A stretch of 64,000 nt of DNA from Bacteroidales bacterium (GTDB taxonomy: Bacteria > Bacteroidota > Bacteroidia > Bacteroidales > UBA932), in the NCBI GenBank assembly GCA_963666385.1, contig OY762808.1, positions 243,139 through 307,138 on the forward strand, in the 5' to 3' direction. Each line of letters begins with the position of its first letter. The stretch's first letter is position 1. This document shows positions 46,990 to 56,755 of this stretch, piece by piece. A program made the translations under genes and the position numbers. The notes under the pieces were generated by a model. That model was not told where the DNA came from, searched no databases, and saw nothing but the letters and a program-made list of their open reading frames with translations.

Positions 46990-47801
46990 CTAGAGTGTGA
47001 ATTTGGGTTTTTTAAAGATGAATGATTTGTTATCCAGTACTTTGGATGTTACATAAGTGCTATCTAACAATATTTTGGAGGCCTCACCCATAATAAGTTT
47101 GATTAGGAATGATGGAATCCGGATTTTGACAATAGGTTTGTAACGGTAAGATATACTCGATGATATCTCTTTGTTTGTGATTGGATATGGTGCACACATG
47201 TTTATCGTTCCTGTAATTTGGTTTTCGATAATATAGACAAATGCTTCCAGAAGATCCTCCATTGATATCCAGGAAAGGAATTGGTTGCCATCACCCAAAA
47301 TTGTACAAACTTTCATTTTGAAGGGAGTATCATTTGTTTCAAGGCACCTCCCGTTGGATCTAAAACCACGCCAAGTCTGGTAATAGTTATTTTTTTATTG
47401 CTTTCCAGGGATTTTGCTTCATGTTCCCATGCTCTGCAAACATCAGATAGGAATCCGGAACCTTCGGTATAATCATTTTCTGTGTGCTTTATATTTGGGT
47501 TGGCTAAATATATACCTGTTGCAGATGCACTTATCAAATGCGTCACTCTGCCGGACTCCTTTATAAATCCACATAATCTTTTAGTGGTGTCGACCCTGCT
47601 CTCCAAAATGGCCTTTTTATTTTTTTTGCTCCACCTTTGGTTTATTGTTGCTCCTGCCAGATTGATTATTGTATCGCAATGTTCAACTTGCTCCTTTGTG
47701 AATCCACGACTCAAGGCCATGACATTGAATCCTTTTGAAATGAGTTTTTTAGTGAGGCTTTTACCTATGAAGCCTCCGGCTCCTGTAATTCCTATGAACA
47801 T
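46990..47801 (-). pseudogene. TIGR01777/YfcH-type epimerase-family protein (Rossmann domain plus DUF1731) split into 162-aa and 108-aa ORFs by a 1-nt frame change at an A-run
   Basis: ORF1 reads MFIGITGAGGFIGKSL...GGALKQMILPSK*. ORF2 reads MKVCTILGDGNQFLSWISMEDL.... Joined, they are colinear with E. coli YfcH [34 protein letters not shown]. The junction is TCAAAATGAAAG (ATGA overlap at 47313-47316). Confidence 0.7.
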
Positions 47802-47819
47802 ATCAATGGTGTTTAGTTT

Positions 47820-48584
47820 TCATACCTCTATCCTAAGCCCATCGTAAGAAGCGTGAATGCCCTGAGGAAGAGAGGCTTCCAGCTCATTATGGGTGCCTAT
47901 CTGGTGTGACAGATGTGTCAAGTAACATATCCCCGGGGAGGCAGAGCGTGCAGTAGTAATAGCTTGCTCAAGTGAGAAATGGGAAATATGAGGTTCTCTC
48001 CTGATTGTATTTAGTACAAGTATCTTTGAGTTTATGGTTTTTTCCAGTTCTTCCGGAGAAATGTAACTGGCGTCTGTTATGTAGGAGATATCCCCAATCC
48101 TGAATCCAAGTATTGGAAGTTTGTAATGCAATATCCTTATTGGTTGCACTTCTACACCTTGGGCATTGAATGGGGAATTGCCTATGGTCCTGATATCAAA
48201 ATCGGGTACCCCAGGGTATTTTTCTTCGCAAAAAGCGTATGCATATTCCCTTTCCAAAGATTCACGTACCCTCTCTTCGCAATAAATGGGAAGTGCTTTC
48301 CCTTTAAGGTAGTTGATGGCCCTTACGTCGTCCAAACCTCCGGTGTGGTCTTTATGCTCATGGGTCAAGAGTATTGCATCCAGGTTGTCAATGTTTTCCC
48401 TTAGGAGTTGCTGCCTGAAGTCCGGACCTGCATCTATCAATATACGTTTGCCATCTTGTTCTATCAATACACTTGACCTTAATCTTTTGTCTTTTGGGTC
48501 TGTTGAAGTGCAGACCCTGCATTTGCAACCTATGATGGGAACACCTTGTGATGTCCCTGTTCCTAGAAATGTGATGATGTTCAT
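47820..48584 (-). CDS. MBL-fold metallo-hydrolase (PhnP-like phosphodiesterase family)
   Basis: MNIITFLGTGTSQGVP N-terminus and LTHEHKDHTGGLDD (HxHxDH). The shorter start was chosen because the upstream 13 codons overlap the divergent promoter. Confidence 0.75.
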   Translation of the reverse strand: MNIITFLGTGTSQGVPIIGCKCRVCTSTDPKDKRLRSSVLIEQDGKRILIDAGPDFRQQLLRENIDNLDAILLTHEHKDHTGGLDDVRAINYLKGKALPIYCEERVRESLEREYAYAFCEEKYPGVPDFDIRTIGNSPFNAQGVEVQPIRILHYKLPILGFRIGDISYITDASYISPEELEKTINSKILVLNTIRREPHISHFSLEQAITTARSASPGICYLTHLSHQIGTHNELEASLPQGIHASYDGLRIEV

Positions 48585-48622
48585 GTTACTCTCTTTGCTT
48601 TTATAAAGGTAGGAAATTTTCA

Positions 48623-48630
48623 TACCTTTG
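48623..48630 (+). promoter_or_regulatory. -7 promoter motif (TACCTTTG) for the methyltransferase/folB/mtaB run
   Basis: TAnnTTTG lies 15 nt upstream of ATG 48645. Confidence 0.4.
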
Positions 48631-48644
48631 CGAAAATTTAAAGA

Positions 48645-49343
48645 ATGAAAGGATGCCTTTACCTTATACCTACTCCTTTGGGAGAAATGCCTCTTGAATA
48701 TGTTATTCCGGAAGGAACCCTTGCAGCTGTGACTGGTTTGAAGTATTTTGCAGTGGAAGAGTTGAGGAGTGGAAGGAGGTATTTGTCAAAAGCCGGGTTT
48801 AAAGGTAAAATAGATTCCTTGGAATTGTATTTGCTGAACGAACACACAAAGGAAGAAGAGTTAGGGGCTATACTCTCTGTTTTGGAAAGAGGAGAAAATG
48901 TAGGGCTGCTAAGTGAAGCAGGACTCCCTGCTGTAGCAGATCCGGGAGCAAACCTGGTAATGAAGGCTCATACCAAGGGTATCAAGGTTGTTCCGTTTAC
49001 CGGACCCTCTTCTTTGATGCTGGCTTTGATGGCATCTGGCAAGAATGGCCAGAATTTTTCATTCATTGGTTATTTGCCAGTAAAGTCAGATGAGAGGAGA
49101 TCCAAGATAAAAGAGTTGGAAAAACATGTTGCAAGGTCGGGACAAAGCCAGATAATGATAGAAACGCCATACAGGAACAATGCTCTTTTGGCCGATTTTT
49201 TGCAGGTTTGCTCAGATGTTACAACGCTTACGGTGGCTGCCGGCATAACCACCGGAAGTGAATTTATAGCTACAAAAACTATAGCACAATGGAAAAAAGA
49301 GACGCCGGAACTCAATAAAATCCCTTGTGTTTTTATTTTATGA
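48645..49343 (+). CDS. SAM-dependent methyltransferase, tetrapyrrole-methylase fold (RsmI-related)
   Basis: CLYLIPTPLGE N-terminus and SEAGLPAVADPG resemble the RsmI/TP-methylase motifs. 232 aa. Confidence 0.65.
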   Translation: MKGCLYLIPTPLGEMPLEYVIPEGTLAAVTGLKYFAVEELRSGRRYLSKAGFKGKIDSLELYLLNEHTKEEELGAILSVLERGENVGLLSEAGLPAVADPGANLVMKAHTKGIKVVPFTGPSSLMLALMASGKNGQNFSFIGYLPVKSDERRSKIKELEKHVARSGQSQIMIETPYRNNALLADFLQVCSDVTTLTVAAGITTGSEFIATKTIAQWKKETPELNKIPCVFIL

Positions 49344-49720
49344 TGGAAAATAAATTTTCAAGAAGCAGCATAGAACTGGTAAACATGGAGTTTTATGCAT
49401 ATCATGGTTGTTTCAGGGAAGAACAGATAATTGGAAACAAATTCGTAGTATCAATGTCGGTAGAAGCAGATGTTTCGAAAGCAACCATTAGTGACGATTT
49501 GGCTGACACCTTGAATTACCAGGAGCTATACAATATTATTAAGGCAGAGATGGAAAAGACATCCAAACTTCTGGAACATGTGGCAGGAAGGATCATAGAA
49601 AAATGCCATTTGAAATTTCCTTCTATTTTTGCAATCAGGGTTGAAATTTCAAAAATCAACCCGCCGATTGGTGGTAAGGTTGAGGCTTCCAGGCTAATAT
49701 TGTCTAAAAATTTCAATTAG
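49340..49720 (+). CDS. folB: dihydroneopterin aldolase
   Basis: MEFYAYHGCFREEQIIGNKF...DDLADTLNYQELY...LLEHVAGRI follows the FolB pattern. The start is ambiguous (49340 or 49343). Confidence 0.8.
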   Translation: MMENKFSRSSIELVNMEFYAYHGCFREEQIIGNKFVVSMSVEADVSKATISDDLADTLNYQELYNIIKAEMEKTSKLLEHVAGRIIEKCHLKFPSIFAIRVEISKINPPIGGKVEASRLILSKNFN

Positions 49721-49721
49721 A

Positions 49722-51014
49722 ATGTCAGCAAGCAAACAACGGGGCAATCGAGTGGCTTTTGTAACACTCGGTTGTAAACTGAATTTCTCTGAAACATCTG
49801 CAATTGCAAGGGAATTCATGGAGCATGGGTATCAGAAAGTTAAAAGCACAGAACAAGCTGATATATATGTGATAAACACATGTTCTGTCACAGAACATGC
49901 CGATAAGAAATGCCGCAATGCAATCCGCAAGCTTCATAAATTGAACAATAATGCAATAATTGCTGTTACCGGGTGCTATGCACAGCTTAATCCTCAAGAG
50001 CTTTTGGACATAGAAGGAGTTGACCTGGTATTGGGTGCCGATCAAAAGTCAAATCTATATATCAAAGTTTCCGAACTTAAGAGGGCAGAAGATTCCAAAG
50101 GCCTTGTCCACACAGCTGCAAGGTCCTTTTCGTGTGCGATATCGGAAGTGGAAACAATTTTCCCTGCCTACTCTTCTGATGACCGGACTCGTTCTTTCCT
50201 GAAGGTACAGGATGGATGTGACTACCACTGCTCTTATTGCACAATTCCGTTGGCCAGGGGAAAAAGCCGTAACCACACAATTGATTTCCTTGTTAAAGAG
50301 GCATGCCAAATTGCAGCGAAAGGGATTAAAGAGATAGTGTTGACAGGTGTGAACACTGGTGATTTTGGAAAAACAACTGGTGAAAGTTTTCCGGACTTGC
50401 TAAGAGCATTGGCTAATGTAGAGGGAATAGAGAGGATAAGGGTATCTTCCATTGAACCGAATTTATTGACGGACAAAGTTATTGATTTGATAGCCTACAA
50501 TCCTAAGTTCTTACCTCATTTCCATATTCCTTTGCAATCTGGCTCCAATAAGATTTTGGCAGCAATGAAACGTCGTTACAACAGGGAGTTGTTTTTGGAC
50601 AGGTTGTTGGCAATAAGGAATAAGATACCTCATGCTTTCATTGGGGTAGATGTGATTGTAGGTTTTCCGGGGGAGAGTGACCAGGATTTTATGGATAGTC
50701 ATGATTTTTTGAATTCTTTGGTGCCATCTTTCCTGCATGTCTTTCCATACTCCAAAAGAGCAAATACACCTGCGGCTGCCTATGAAAACCAAGTTAAGGA
50801 TTCTGTCAAAAACGAAAGGGTGGCAATCTTGACAAGGCTTTCAGACAGATTACATGAGAAGTTTGTTAGCGAAAATAAAGGACGTACAGAAGAAGTTCTT
50901 TTTGAATCAACCATCAAAGGAGGGAAGATGTTTGGCTATACCAGGAATTACATCAGGGTAGAAAGACCATACAACAAGGAACAAATAGGTAAGATAATCA
51001 AGGTAACTCTTTGA
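49722..51014 (+). CDS. mtaB: tRNA (t6A37) methylthiotransferase MtaB
   Basis: MTTase N-domain (FVTLGCKLN, NTCSVT). Radical SAM CSYCTIPLARG. C-terminal TRAM-like region. Confidence 0.85.
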   Translation: MSASKQRGNRVAFVTLGCKLNFSETSAIAREFMEHGYQKVKSTEQADIYVINTCSVTEHADKKCRNAIRKLHKLNNNAIIAVTGCYAQLNPQELLDIEGVDLVLGADQKSNLYIKVSELKRAEDSKGLVHTAARSFSCAISEVETIFPAYSSDDRTRSFLKVQDGCDYHCSYCTIPLARGKSRNHTIDFLVKEACQIAAKGIKEIVLTGVNTGDFGKTTGESFPDLLRALANVEGIERIRVSSIEPNLLTDKVIDLIAYNPKFLPHFHIPLQSGSNKILAAMKRRYNRELFLDRLLAIRNKIPHAFIGVDVIVGFPGESDQDFMDSHDFLNSLVPSFLHVFPYSKRANTPAAAYENQVKDSVKNERVAILTRLSDRLHEKFVSENKGRTEEVLFESTIKGGKMFGYTRNYIRVERPYNKEQIGKIIKVTL

Positions 51015-54000
51015 ATTGGATGATTTGATCTTCTCTTGGTTTGATCATTGCTTTGTCTGATTGTGTCCTTTTTCTCTTCTTACGTTTGAAAAAGAGACTG
51101 TTGATTAGTTCCCGGAATGTGCTGAACTCCTCTTGGTAAACCAAACCTACACCATTTCTTTGACTGTTGTCCAAATAATTAGAATATTGGTCTGCCGAAT
51201 GGGAGAAAGCTTTAGCCCTGAAACGACCTTTGTCATCTAATTTGATTTCCACATCCAGGTCTCCTACAACATCCCCGGTCCTGTCCATATATTTTGCACT
51301 TCCAATATTCCCGTTCACAATGACCCTGTTGTTGAAAAGTTGGGCAGAGACTGCAGCATCAAAAAGGTCCCTTCCGTTTTGGCCAGGTTGGTAGTTGAAA
51401 CTCAAATCCAGGGGAATATCAAGTTGGTTGAAGATCTTGTTGATTTGATTGGACAACACTTCGGTTGCATTTGAGTATAGTAATGTAGAGTTATTCACAA
51501 TACTCGATTGAACATCCGGAATAAAGCTCCCTGAAACCAATAATGACATTACTTGCTTGACAACCTTATCTTCCGAATTAAGGGCTGCATTTACCCTGGC
51601 CTTGGTAATGGGGTCTATGTCCGGGATATCTATATTGAATCCTAGCCTTGGGTTCATAAGCTGGCCTGTCATGTTTATCTGGCAGTCCACGGTTCTTCTG
51701 GTAGAGACAGAGCTTGTATCTGCAATAAGAGTATTGATTGCAGCTTTGGTCCTGTAATTTGCGGTGAGGTTGAGGTTGGTTTTCATAACATCACCATTGA
51801 AACCGATGTTGCCGCCTTCCTGGATTGTAAAGTCCCTCTCTATAAACCCTTGCAAAACGAATTTATATGATCCGCTTTGTATCCGGTAGTCGCCTTGTAT
51901 GGAGAAAATATCTTTTGAAGGGTTGATGTCCAAGGTTACAAGCCCACTGCCGTAACCAGTAATCACATCCCCTACCGATTTGTCAATCTCTATCAACATA
52001 GCTGCATCAGGTGTCATGTTGGCTCTAAGTTTGACACTTAGTTCGGTCCCTTGTTTTGTTACGTTTTCTATCAGGTTTCCGTTTGAATCGTATTTGGCAG
52101 ACTGAGGTTGTACAAATGTAAGCAAGTTGTTATCCGATACCTCTGTTGCAGATGATAGAGGAATATGTATTGAAGTGTTGCGGTTTGTGGCTACGGAAAT
52201 ATCCATGAATATCCGTTCAAGAGGCCCAGTTATTGCCAATCTTCCTGTGCCATAAGCAGTCCCATAAAAGGATGAATTGTCTGCCTCAGTAGTATTCAAA
52301 GCCTCCAGGTTGGTGAATTGTATGGATGTGTTCAGGTATAGGTCTTTGAAATAGTTGTGTGTCAACCCGCCGGAAACCCTTCCTGTGTTACCGTGAAGGT
52401 CTTTGATTGCAACATTGTTGAGGTTTATACTCTCTTTTGTCAGTATAACGGGTCCGTTCAGGATATAGTTAACTTTTGTAAAGTCCACAAGGAATGACAG
52501 GTTGTTTAACATTGTATTGTTGCTTGTCAGTTCCAATTTGTCCAGCGCTCCTTCCAGGCTCAAATTGCCACTGACTCCTCCACCGGTTTTTGATACAATG
52601 CCCTCCAGGAAAGGTTCAAAATAAGAAACTGACAAGTTGTCCATTGCTGCATCTAATTTTATGAATTGGTCTTTTGGCCGGAATATTCCTTGTGCATTGA
52701 ACGGGTTCCTTCCATCCAGCTTGTTGGATATCTTGATGCCAAATTCTTTGCTTTGGTCCATCCACCAGCTCTCAATATCCAGGTCTCCAAAAAGATGCTC
52801 GTGCACAATCATATCTTTTCCTTTGAAATTGGCAACGATTTGAGGTTGTTTGTAGAGGTTTACTGCAAAGGCATTTCCACTCAATTTACCATCAATTGAA
52901 AGGTTGTCTGTTCCTAACAGTGTATTGAAAGGAGAGATTTCAAGCTGGTTAAGTGATACAAAAACAGTGTCGTAAGGATTTTGGGAGACGATCCCGTCAA
53001 TACCTAAATATTGCTCACCGCTTCTCAGGAAAAAATCATGGAAAACAAAAGTGCTGTCCTGGTTGACAATTTTTGATCCAGAAAATTTCCAGTTTTGCCC
53101 GTTCAGGTATAGTTGGGAAGGGTATATGGTAATATCTGTGATGAGCGGATCTTGTGTCCCGGTAGATGTGAAAAGTATATCAGTAACAAAGTCAAGGCGG
53201 TTTTCCAGGGCACCTTTGTTTGTGTATTCACTTTTGATTTTTACAAGGTTGTCATTTGCATTGATGCTTACTTTGCTACTATCTAAACTTAAACCTCCAA
53301 AATGAAGTTTGTCTGATGAAATTGACACATCCATCGACTGTTTATTGCCATTAATTGTTAGCAGAAGGTTTTTTGCGTATGTTTTGTTGTAAGTCAAATC
53401 CTTGCTTTTGATTTGGACCTCCAGGTTGTCGTTGTTGTCAATCTCTGCAGATATAGTGCTGCCCTGCTCAATGAAGAAACCAGGCAGGATAAGTTGTGAT
53501 ATGGATTTGGTATCATTGAATTCAATGTTGAATGAATAGCTGCTTGGTTCTTGTACCTTATGGGGTTTTGTGACCGGGAAAATTGCATGCAGATTGCTAT
53601 ATAAGGTGATATCCAAGAGTTTGTCAACAAAGTTCGTAAGGAAATTGGTTCCTCTGTAGGAGGCGTTTGCAAAAGAAGATCTTAGGAAAAGAGAGAAGTT
53701 GTCTTGCAAGGAGGTGGATTGTACCGAAATATCCCCGATTGGGAAAGTTCCATTACTGTTCACAAAGTTCAATCCTCTTATGTTTATGGTTCCCTCTATG
53801 TCACCTTGTGGTTTTTGGGTGAAATTTGCCATTGTGGTAAGGGATACAGCAGAAAGCGAATCTCGTTTGTCAAAATTCAGTGCCGCCAGGTTTGCATATA
53901 TTACATCTGCATAAAAATCGTAATATGAATTTGTTGTATTGTTTGGAGAAGTTCCTATCAAGCCCTGGAAAATCAGGTCAAGGTTGGGGTCCCTGCAAAT

Positions 54001-55524
54001 TACTTTGCCATCGAATGTGTTGTTGCCGTAATTCCCTACAGCATATATGTTCTTGTATGGATATCCGTTGAATTCGATCTTCTTTATATTCAGGGAATCC
54101 AGTATGAATCGTGGCCCTCCTTTGCTTTGATCCCTGAGGAAAGCGCTCATTCCGCTGGACAGAGTAAGTTTTCCAATGGATTTGCTATTGGTAAGGAGCC
54201 CTAAATCCAGCTCTTTGGTTTGAACAAACCCGTTTATGTCCATGGCTCCTTTTATTTCCTGGTTGCTTTTTATCAAAGCGTCGATATAAACTTCCCCTAT
54301 ATTTGAAGTCAGGTTGCCGTTGGCAACAAAGTCGTCCAACAGTCCTGCTATCCTTCCAGTGAAGTTGTACTTTACCAGTGGTGAAATATCTTTAAGGGCT
54401 TGCACAGGCTCGTTACCGTTTAATGAAGATAGTATATATGCCAGGTCGTTGGTGGTTGTTGTGCTGTTTATTATATCTATGAAAGCGGTTGTTTGCTGAG
54501 TGTCAGGAAGCCCGTTTATCCTTGCATCCAATTCCAGGTATGTCAACCCTGACTCGGATGTCACTTTAAGTTCCCGGGTCTTTAGGTTGGATACAGGACC
54601 GTTAATGTTTCCATGGACATTTATAACAAGGTTGTTGTCAGAAAGAGAAGAGGCAAAAGCAGCAATACTCTTGAAACTTATTTTTGATTGGTCAAAGTCT
54701 ATATCCAGCTTCACTTTTGATGTGAAGTCAGAAAATGCTTTTGGCCCTGTTAGTATCAAATCCAATTTTGGGGCTTTCAAGAAGGAATTGCCATCTTCCA
54801 GCAACAAACCGGTCAACTTGATACTGCCAGGTGTGAATGTCAACCCAGCTTGAAGTTTTTCCAGGATAAAACCGTTTTTCTCTTTGAAACGAAGGTTTTT
54901 TATGTTGGCAGTAATTGAGTTCCCACCCATTACAATATTGGTTGCATCAAAATCGATACCATAAACCAAGAGGTTGCTGAAATTGACAGATCCGTCATTT
55001 TTTCCAAACCCAGGGGAGAAAGTGTTCTTCATGGAAAAGTGGAAGTTGGACAATGATAGACGGGTTGCCCTGATGTCCGGGAACAAGGTTGCAGAGCTGT
55101 CACTCTCATTGTTGTTGCCTCTGCCAATCAGTAAATCCAGATTGGTTGTTGAATCAGTCAGGTTTGTCAGGGTGAACCCTCCGTTTTCCATCCTTAGGTA
55201 ATTGACCCTTACTTTGCCACTTAAAAGTTCAGAAGCATCTATCTTAACTGAAATCTTTCCTGCTTCCAGAAGAGTATCGTTGCCTGTTGTAATTGAAACC
55301 TCTTTTGCAATGAACCTGTTGAAAAAAATGTAGTAGACCTTCCCAATATTTACTTGACCCTCTATCTTGTTGGATATTGCAATAGCAGCCCTTTTTGCAG
55401 CATAAGTTTGCAACGAGGGCAACTGTAGTGCAAGATAGGCCCCTATAGGCAGGATTGCTGCTATAATAAGGATAATGACTGCTATTTTTTTTAATATCCG
55501 GATAGGTTCGCTAATTTTGCACAA
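50998..55524 (-). CDS. tamB: translocation and assembly module protein TamB (DUF490/AsmA-like)
   Basis: 1508 aa with a single N-terminal TM anchor (IAVIILIIAAILPIGAYLAL) and a long beta-rich body. The C-terminal region has the GDxxVGxLDVEIKL-type DUF490 pattern. Only a TTG start is available at 55524, so the start is uncertain. Confidence 0.75.
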   Translation of the reverse strand: MCKISEPIRILKKIAVIILIIAAILPIGAYLALQLPSLQTYAAKRAAIAISNKIEGQVNIGKVYYIFFNRFIAKEVSITTGNDTLLEAGKISVKIDASELLSGKVRVNYLRMENGGFTLTNLTDSTTNLDLLIGRGNNNESDSSATLFPDIRATRLSLSNFHFSMKNTFSPGFGKNDGSVNFSNLLVYGIDFDATNIVMGGNSITANIKNLRFKEKNGFILEKLQAGLTFTPGSIKLTGLLLEDGNSFLKAPKLDLILTGPKAFSDFTSKVKLDIDFDQSKISFKSIAAFASSLSDNNLVINVHGNINGPVSNLKTRELKVTSESGLTYLELDARINGLPDTQQTTAFIDIINSTTTTNDLAYILSSLNGNEPVQALKDISPLVKYNFTGRIAGLLDDFVANGNLTSNIGEVYIDALIKSNQEIKGAMDINGFVQTKELDLGLLTNSKSIGKLTLSSGMSAFLRDQSKGGPRFILDSLNIKKIEFNGYPYKNIYAVGNYGNNTFDGKVICRDPNLDLIFQGLIGTSPNNTTNSYYDFYADVIYANLAALNFDKRDSLSAVSLTTMANFTQKPQGDIEGTINIRGLNFVNSNGTFPIGDISVQSTSLQDNFSLFLRSSFANASYRGTNFLTNFVDKLLDITLYSNLHAIFPVTKPHKVQEPSSYSFNIEFNDTKSISQLILPGFFIEQGSTISAEIDNNDNLEVQIKSKDLTYNKTYAKNLLLTINGNKQSMDVSISSDKLHFGGLSLDSSKVSINANDNLVKIKSEYTNKGALENRLDFVTDILFTSTGTQDPLITDITIYPSQLYLNGQNWKFSGSKIVNQDSTFVFHDFFLRSGEQYLGIDGIVSQNPYDTVFVSLNQLEISPFNTLLGTDNLSIDGKLSGNAFAVNLYKQPQIVANFKGKDMIVHEHLFGDLDIESWWMDQSKEFGIKISNKLDGRNPFNAQGIFRPKDQFIKLDAAMDNLSVSYFEPFLEGIVSKTGGGVSGNLSLEGALDKLELTSNNTMLNNLSFLVDFTKVNYILNGPVILTKESINLNNVAIKDLHGNTGRVSGGLTHNYFKDLYLNTSIQFTNLEALNTTEADNSSFYGTAYGTGRLAITGPLERIFMDISVATNRNTSIHIPLSSATEVSDNNLLTFVQPQSAKYDSNGNLIENVTKQGTELSVKLRANMTPDAAMLIEIDKSVGDVITGYGSGLVTLDINPSKDIFSIQGDYRIQSGSYKFVLQGFIERDFTIQEGGNIGFNGDVMKTNLNLTANYRTKAAINTLIADTSSVSTRRTVDCQINMTGQLMNPRLGFNIDIPDIDPITKARVNAALNSEDKVVKQVMSLLVSGSFIPDVQSSIVNNSTLLYSNATEVLSNQINKIFNQLDIPLDLSFNYQPGQNGRDLFDAAVSAQLFNNRVIVNGNIGSAKYMDRTGDVVGDLDVEIKLDDKGRFRAKAFSHSADQYSNYLDNSQRNGVGLVYQEEFSTFRELINSLFFKRKKRKRTQSDKAMIKPREDQIIQFKELP

Positions 55525-55584
55525 AAATAATCAAAATCACAGAGCAATACCTAATATAAAGACCCTTTTGATATTTTAAATTGT

Positions 55585-56607
55585 ATGAACATTAGAATCC
55601 TTGCCATTGAGTCCTCTTGTGACGATACATCTGCCGCTGTTTTGGTGGATGGAGTGATGTTGTCCAATGTAATGGCAACCCAGGAGGTACACAAAAAATA
55701 TGGAGGTGTTATACCTGAGCTTGCTTCCAGGGCGCACCAGCAAAACATTGTACCTGTTGTAGACCAGGCATTGAAAGAGTCTGGATTGACAATAAGGGAG
55801 ATTGATGTGGTAGCGTTTACACGTGGTCCCGGATTGTTGGGTTCTTTGATTGTGGGCACCTCTTTTGCCAAAGGATTGGCTATGGCTCTGGATATACCTC
55901 TTGTAGATGTAAACCATCTTCAAGGCCACCTTTTGTCGCCTTTTATCACAGAGCCCGGAGAAGATAAACCAACTCCCTCTTTTCCCTATCTCTCTTTGTT
56001 GGTCTCGGGAGGGCATACCCAAATAATAAAAGTGTTAGATCCGTTGAATTACGAAGTACTTGGCAAAACTATAGATGATGCGGTTGGTGAGGCTTTTGAT
56101 AAATGTGCCAAACTGCTTGACCTAGGTTACCCGGGAGGGCCGGTAATTGATAACCTTGCAAAAGATGGTAATGCAAACAGGTTTGTTTTTTCAAAGCCCT
56201 CAATAAAGGGATTGGATTACAGTTTCAGTGGGATAAAAACCTCATTGCTCTATTTCCTGAGGGATAATATAAAGGCTGATCCGGATTTTATCCAAGGGAA
56301 CATAAATGATATTTGTGCTTCATACCAGCAGACACTCGTGGATATTTTGATGAAAAAGCTTGTCAAGGCATCTTTGGAAACATCCATAAGGGAGATTACT
56401 TTGTCGGGAGGAGTCTCTGCAAATTCCTTGCTCAGGAAAACAATAGAAACGGAAGGAGTAAAAAGGGGATGGAATACCTATTTGCCACAATTCAAATATA
56501 CCACGGACAACGCAGCCATGATAGGAATTGCTGGTTACTATCGTTATTTGTCGGGTCACAGGGCCAGTCCAAATATTGCACCTGTTTCCAGGATAAACGA
56601 GATATGA
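55585..56607 (+). CDS. tsaD: tRNA N6-adenosine threonylcarbamoyltransferase
   Basis: ILAIESSCDDTSAAV, VSGGHTQ, DDAVGEAFDK and LSGGVSAN motifs. Confidence 0.95.
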   Translation: MNIRILAIESSCDDTSAAVLVDGVMLSNVMATQEVHKKYGGVIPELASRAHQQNIVPVVDQALKESGLTIREIDVVAFTRGPGLLGSLIVGTSFAKGLAMALDIPLVDVNHLQGHLLSPFITEPGEDKPTPSFPYLSLLVSGGHTQIIKVLDPLNYEVLGKTIDDAVGEAFDKCAKLLDLGYPGGPVIDNLAKDGNANRFVFSKPSIKGLDYSFSGIKTSLLYFLRDNIKADPDFIQGNINDICASYQQTLVDILMKKLVKASLETSIREITLSGGVSANSLLRKTIETEGVKRGWNTYLPQFKYTTDNAAMIGIAGYYRYLSGHRASPNIAPVSRINEI

Positions 56608-56700
56608 TTTTCTTTCAATAATTGGCAATGCTGTTTTGTACCAGGCTTTAAGCAGAGTCAAAAAAGTTTAAGTTTATATATTGGATTTCAAATTTCCTTT

Positions 56701-56708
56701 TATCTTTG
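56701..56708 (+). promoter_or_regulatory. -7 promoter motif (TATCTTTG) for the susC/susD-like pair
   Basis: TAnnTTTG lies 48 nt upstream of ATG 56756. Confidence 0.45.
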
Positions 56709-56755
56709 TGCTCGCAACACAATCAATATTTAATTATTAACTTAAAACTTTTTAA

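Noticed and set aside
55512-55524. TAATTTTG motif inside the first codons of tamB, considered as evidence against the tamB TTG start
   Set aside because: The motif is on the plus strand and plausibly serves tsaD, with the ATG 66 nt downstream. It does not resolve the tamB start, which remains uncertain because no in-frame ATG lies near the TM anchor.
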